Source: Candidatus Eiseniibacteriota bacterium
GTDB lineage: Bacteria > ARS69
Direction of reading: 5' to 3'
DNA length: 48,974 bases
Assembly: GCA_052390515.1 (NCBI GenBank)
Contig: JBQTGV010000019.1
Span: forward strand, 1 to 48,974
Position numbers and translations under genes: made by a program
The notes under the pieces: generated by a model
Database searches by the model: none
Told to the model about the DNA's origin: nothing
What the model saw: only the letters and a program-made list of their open reading frames with translations
Part shown: positions 45,279 to 48,974 of the stretch, piece by piece
Layout: each line of letters starts with the position of its first letter
How positions within the stretch are numbered: position 1 is the stretch's first letter

Positions 45279-46565
45279 ATGTCGGCACAATCGCACCCTC
45301 TGGAAGGTCTCTGGGATCTGCTGCAGGACCGCCGTGCAGCGATCGCCGTCGTCGGGCTCGGCTACGTCGGCCTTCCCCTGGCGAAGTGTTTCGCGCGCCG
45401 GTACCGGGTCGTCGGCTACGACCGCGACGCCGAGCACGTGGCACGGCTGCAGCGCGAGCCCGTGGACGGCGATCTGGTGTACACGCACGACGAGGCGAGG
45501 CTCACGGAGTGTCGCGTGCTCTTCGTGGCCGTACCGACGCCCGTGGACGAGAACAACGAGCCGGACTTGGAGGCGCTGCTCGGCGCGACGGAGTCCGTGG
45601 GACGCCGGCTCTCGCTCGGGAGCCTCGTGGTCTACGAGTCCACGGTGTTCCCCGGCTGCACGCGGCAGGTGTGCGTCCCGCTGCTCGAGAAGAAGAGCGG
45701 ACTGCGCATGGGACCGGACTTCGTCGTGGGCTACAGTCCGGAGCGGATCAATCCCGGCGATCGCGAGCACACCGTGGAGACGGTGGCGAAGGTGGTGAGC
45801 GCGGTCGACGCGGACAGCTTGGCGTTCCTCGGGGAGCTCTACGGCAGCGTGCTGCGCGCCGCCGTGCAGCGCACCGAGACGCTCGAAGTGGCCGAGTCCG
45901 CCAAGATGCTGGAGAACACCCAGCGGGACATCAACATCGCGCTGATCAACGAGTTCGCGCGCTACTTCCACCACCTCGGCATCGACACGCGCGAGGTGCT
46001 CCAGGCCGCGGCCACCAAGTGGAACTTCCACCCGTACCAGCCCGGGCTCGTCGGTGGACACTGCATCGGCGTGGATCCGTACTACGTCATCCACGCCGCA
46101 GCCCGCGACGGTCACGATCTGCCGCTCACCAGCACGGCGCGCCGCGTGAACGAGGGGATGGTTCCGTGGATCGCCAACGAGTGCCGCCGGCTGCTCGGGG
46201 CCGAGGGTTCCGGCAAACGCATCCTCGTGCTGGGCGTCGGCTACAAGCCGGGAAGCGGTGACCCGCGGCATTCGCGCTGCATCAACCTGGTCGCGGAGCT
46301 GCAGGCGCGGGGGCTGGTGCCGATCGTCGTGGATCCGCTCTACCAGGAAGAGGGCAGCCGCTTCGAGGGATTCAAGATCCACACGGCCATTCCCGCGGGG
46401 CACTACGACGCCGCGATCATCACCGTGGGGCACGCCGAGTTCGTGGACCGGGGGCTCTCGACGCTCAAGGCCGCGCTGCCCGACGGGGCGCCGGTGCTGG
46501 ACGTGCCGGCGGTGATCAATCGCCAGGACGCGGAGCGCGCCGGGCTGAAGCTCTGGCGGCTCTGA
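45279..46565 (+). CDS. Nucleotide-sugar 6-dehydrogenase (TviB/WbpO-like)
   Basis: GLGYVGLPLA, AVPTP, YESTVFPG, YSPERINPG, ENTQRDINIA, GGHCIGVDPYY; start ATG 45279. Confidence 0.93.
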   Translation: MSAQSHPLEGLWDLLQDRRAAIAVVGLGYVGLPLAKCFARRYRVVGYDRDAEHVARLQREPVDGDLVYTHDEARLTECRVLFVAVPTPVDENNEPDLEALLGATESVGRRLSLGSLVVYESTVFPGCTRQVCVPLLEKKSGLRMGPDFVVGYSPERINPGDREHTVETVAKVVSAVDADSLAFLGELYGSVLRAAVQRTETLEVAESAKMLENTQRDINIALINEFARYFHHLGIDTREVLQAAATKWNFHPYQPGLVGGHCIGVDPYYVIHAAARDGHDLPLTSTARRVNEGMVPWIANECRRLLGAEGSGKRILVLGVGYKPGSGDPRHSRCINLVAELQARGLVPIVVDPLYQEEGSRFEGFKIHTAIPAGHYDAAIITVGHAEFVDRGLSTLKAALPDGAPVLDVPAVINRQDAERAGLKLWRL

Positions 46566-46594
46566 TCACCCTGGCCGGCTCTGATCACTCCGGC
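46557..46594. repeat. 19-bp imperfect tandem duplication spanning the dehydrogenase stop
   Basis: CGGCTCTGATCACCCTGGC then CGGCTCTGATCACTCCGGC. Confidence 0.75.
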
Positions 46595-46620
46595 CGCGCC
46601 GGCCGAAGCCCGATCGTCCC

Positions 46621-48774
46621 TCACTCGATGTAGCCGAGCGCCCTGAGGCGTTCCTCCACGTCGGCATCGTACTCGAACGCCGTCGAGTCTCCTCGCGCCT
46701 CCGTGGCGGCCAGCCACGCGTCCAGCTCCGCGTCCAGCGCCCGGGTCGTGCTGTCGGTCTCCACGTACAGGTTCGTCGCCTCGTTCGCGTCCCGCTCGAG
46801 GTCGTAGAGCTCGCGCTTGCCGGCGGTCGAGCGGATGAGCTTGTGCCGGCCGCGGAAGAGACCCCATTCAGTGCGGTCGAAGTTCGACTCGGAGCCTCCC
46901 GGGAACGACTCGGCCACGACCGTGCGGTCCGCGTCCGGCGCGATGCTCCGCAGGCTCTGGCCCGGGACGCCGGGACGCGGGGGAAGGCCCAGCACGTCCA
47001 GCACCGTGGGCAGCACGTCGACCGAGCTCGTCCACGTGTCCACCACCGCGCCGGTCTTCTGCCCCGGGTACTTCACGATCAGCGGAACCGACACCTGATC
47101 CTGGTACACGGACACGCCGTGATTCAGCAGGTCGCGGTCGCCGAGCGCTTCGCCGTGGTCCGCCGTCACGATGATGAGCGTGTCATCGTACAGCCCGAGA
47201 TCGCGGAGCTTGTCGAAGAGCGCATCGATGCGGGACTCCTCGTAGGCGATCGCCCCGTCGTACTGCGAGGTGATGTGGTTGCGCTCGCGATCGGAGATGG
47301 CGCGGTGACCGTGCCGCATCACCGCCCAGAGCAGCCGGTCGTAGTCCACCGAGGTCCACGACTCGTCCTTGCCCGGGAACATCGTGTCGTAGGGCGGCGG
47401 CGGCAGGAACGGGTGGTGCGCGTCCATGTAGTTCACGAACAGGAAGAACGGACCGCTCCGCGCACGAGCCTCTTCCAGCAGACGGAACGCGTCGTCGTTG
47501 ATGGAGTCCGCGGAGCGCGTGAGTCGATCGAACGACTCGCGGGGGGCGAAGGGCATGAGCGCCGCCCGAACGCCGCGCCGCAGGTAGAACGGCGGGGTCT
47601 TGGCGAGGAAGAGGACCGGCCCGCGCGAATCGAAGTGCAGGAAGCCCTGGTCGAAGCCGAAGTGCGGCGAGACGTAGCCGCGGTTGGCCACCACCGCGAC
47701 GGTCCAGTAGCTCTCGGCCAGCAGCGTCTCGGCGAGCGTGACGAAGCTCGAGGCCAGAGGCCTTCCTGCCGGTGTCGCGTCGGAGCGGTGCGCCCCGTGC
47801 TGGCGCCCGTAGAGTCCGGTGAAGAGGGAAGCGTGCGTGGTCAACGTAATGTCGCCGGCGGAGGCCGTCCGGGTGTGCAGCGTGGCCGCCCTGGCGAACT
47901 CCTCCAGCCGCGGCGTCGTCTCTCGTTCGTAGCCGTAGAGGGAGAGGTGGTTCGCCCGGACGGTGTCCATCACGATGAGCAGGACGTTCGGCCGTGGCCC
48001 GCCCGCGGGCGGCGGCGGCGCCGCGCCCACCACCTTCGGCGTGTGCGTGGTAAAGAACGTGGCCAGCAGCGTGACGGCTGCAGCGCCGGACGCCCACGCG
48101 GCGGAGCGCACGAGCCGCGGCGGTCCCGGGCGCCGGCCGCCCCGGCGATGCAGCAGCCAGGACACCGCGAAGAGCACGGCGGGCACCGCACCGGCGGCCG
48201 CCATCTTCACCGCGGTCGTCTCCCGCGACAGCAGGTGGATCGTCACCCAGGGCAGGGCGGAGAGAGCGACTCCGACCATCCAGGGACTCGTGAGGAATCG
48301 GAGCGCGCGACCGACCGACGGGAAGACGAGGCTCGCCACGCCGGCGAGCGCCGGCACGAGCGCGACCGCCACGAGAGGCACGAGGTGCAGCACCGACGAC
48401 TCGAAGACGAACGGCGTCACGAAGATGATGTGCAGCAGATTGAGGGCGAAGACGGTGACGACGGTTGTGGTCGCGAGGGCGACGGCAGCCGAGGCGGGCT
48501 CGGGATGGCGGGAGAGGACGCCGCGAAACGCCAGCGCCACCAGGGCGCAGATCGCCGCGCCGATCAGCGGGTACACGACGAAGGTCAGCGCGATGAAGCC
48601 CGGGTGCACCGGCGTGTACACGTACGACGGCTTCTCGATCCAGGGCACGATCGACGTGAACCAGCACTCGGCGATTCCGTAGATGATCCAGGCGGTCGCC
48701 CCGCACAGCGCGGCGATACGCGGGAGCCGGCCGGCGTGCACCGCGGCCCCCCCGGGAAGCTCCGCCTCCGTCAC
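46621..48774 (-). CDS. Membrane-anchored sulfatase/alkaline-phosphatase-superfamily protein (Thr nucleophile type)
   Basis: N-terminal TMs; PNVLLIVMDTVRA, TLTTHASLFTG, YMDAHHP, TADHGE, LRALGY. Confidence 0.9.
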   Translation of the reverse strand: MTEAELPGGAAVHAGRLPRIAALCGATAWIIYGIAECWFTSIVPWIEKPSYVYTPVHPGFIALTFVVYPLIGAAICALVALAFRGVLSRHPEPASAAVALATTTVVTVFALNLLHIIFVTPFVFESSVLHLVPLVAVALVPALAGVASLVFPSVGRALRFLTSPWMVGVALSALPWVTIHLLSRETTAVKMAAAGAVPAVLFAVSWLLHRRGGRRPGPPRLVRSAAWASGAAAVTLLATFFTTHTPKVVGAAPPPPAGGPRPNVLLIVMDTVRANHLSLYGYERETTPRLEEFARAATLHTRTASAGDITLTTHASLFTGLYGRQHGAHRSDATPAGRPLASSFVTLAETLLAESYWTVAVVANRGYVSPHFGFDQGFLHFDSRGPVLFLAKTPPFYLRRGVRAALMPFAPRESFDRLTRSADSINDDAFRLLEEARARSGPFFLFVNYMDAHHPFLPPPPYDTMFPGKDESWTSVDYDRLLWAVMRHGHRAISDRERNHITSQYDGAIAYEESRIDALFDKLRDLGLYDDTLIIVTADHGEALGDRDLLNHGVSVYQDQVSVPLIVKYPGQKTGAVVDTWTSSVDVLPTVLDVLGLPPRPGVPGQSLRSIAPDADRTVVAESFPGGSESNFDRTEWGLFRGRHKLIRSTAGKRELYDLERDANEATNLYVETDSTTRALDAELDAWLAATEARGDSTAFEYDADVEERLRALGYIE

Positions 48775-48805
48775 ACGTCCTCCTTCGCCCGCGCCGCGCG
48801 CGGGA

Positions 48806-48973
48806 CTAGTGGATGTACCCGAGCGCCCGCAGGCGGTCGCGGGTGGCGGCGTCCAGCGAAACCTCGGCGCTCGAGTCCGCCTCGGTCACCATCGCGTCGA
48901 GCCAGCCCGTGAGCCGCGCTTCCAGATCGGCGGTGAGCGAATCCCCCGGCTGATAGAGATCTTCGGTCTCTGA
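48806..48973 (-). CDS. 3' end of a paralogous sulfatase-fold protein (partial)
   Basis: Translated by hand: SETEDLYQPGDSLTADLEARLTGWL...RDRLRALGYIH*, parallel to EATNLY...ERLRALGYIE. Confidence 0.85.
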   Translation of the reverse strand, partial: SETEDLYQPGDSLTADLEARLTGWLDAMVTEADSSAEVSLDAATRDRLRALGYIH

Positions 48974-48974
48974 C

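Noticed and set aside
664-48912. Many long antisense or alternative-frame ORFs (e.g. 664-2418, 6708-9449, 16983-20186, 41785-43926, 46843-48912)
   Set aside because: Shadow ORFs of well-supported genes with low-complexity composition and no motifs

Overview
High-GC (roughly 70% by eye) chromosomal DNA from a diderm bacterium. A secreted beta-propeller protein with a C-terminal FlgD-Ig-like domain and a dockerin-like secreted protein resemble proteins of Eisenbacteria/Krumholzibacteriota/Latescibacterota-type candidate phyla (inference only). The left half (1-24.6 kb) is a mosaic: PDZ protein with a two-component system, metallophosphoesterase, GapN, di-haem peroxidase, HMG-CoA-lyase-like enzyme with a PLP decarboxylase, two Ser/Thr dehydratases with an ornithine-cyclodeaminase-family enzyme, a CstB-like MBL-rhodanese, and an HTH/propeller/VOC/SRPBCC cassette. 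Its spacers hold short remnants of Fic, HNH and DUF2442 genes and a decayed attC-like site. The right half (24.6-49 kb) is a large envelope-glycosylation locus: four GT-C-like membrane proteins, GT2/GT4 enzymes, a radical SAM enzyme, two UDP-galactopyranose-mutase-like flavoproteins (one fused to a membrane domain that is repeated as a separate gene), an epimerase, a deacetylase, an ICMT-family methyltransferase, a nucleotide-sugar dehydrogenase and Thr-type sulfatase-fold proteins. Non-coding highlights are 17-bp repeats forming a chain of ATGA-coupled mini-ORFs between kinase and regulator, two related MITE-like hairpin elements, a structured ~200-nt leader, a shared 21-bp promoter motif and several leaderless-type starts. 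No rRNA, tRNA, CRISPR array, integrase or transposase was seen. All family calls are from motif recognition by eye; no searches were run.
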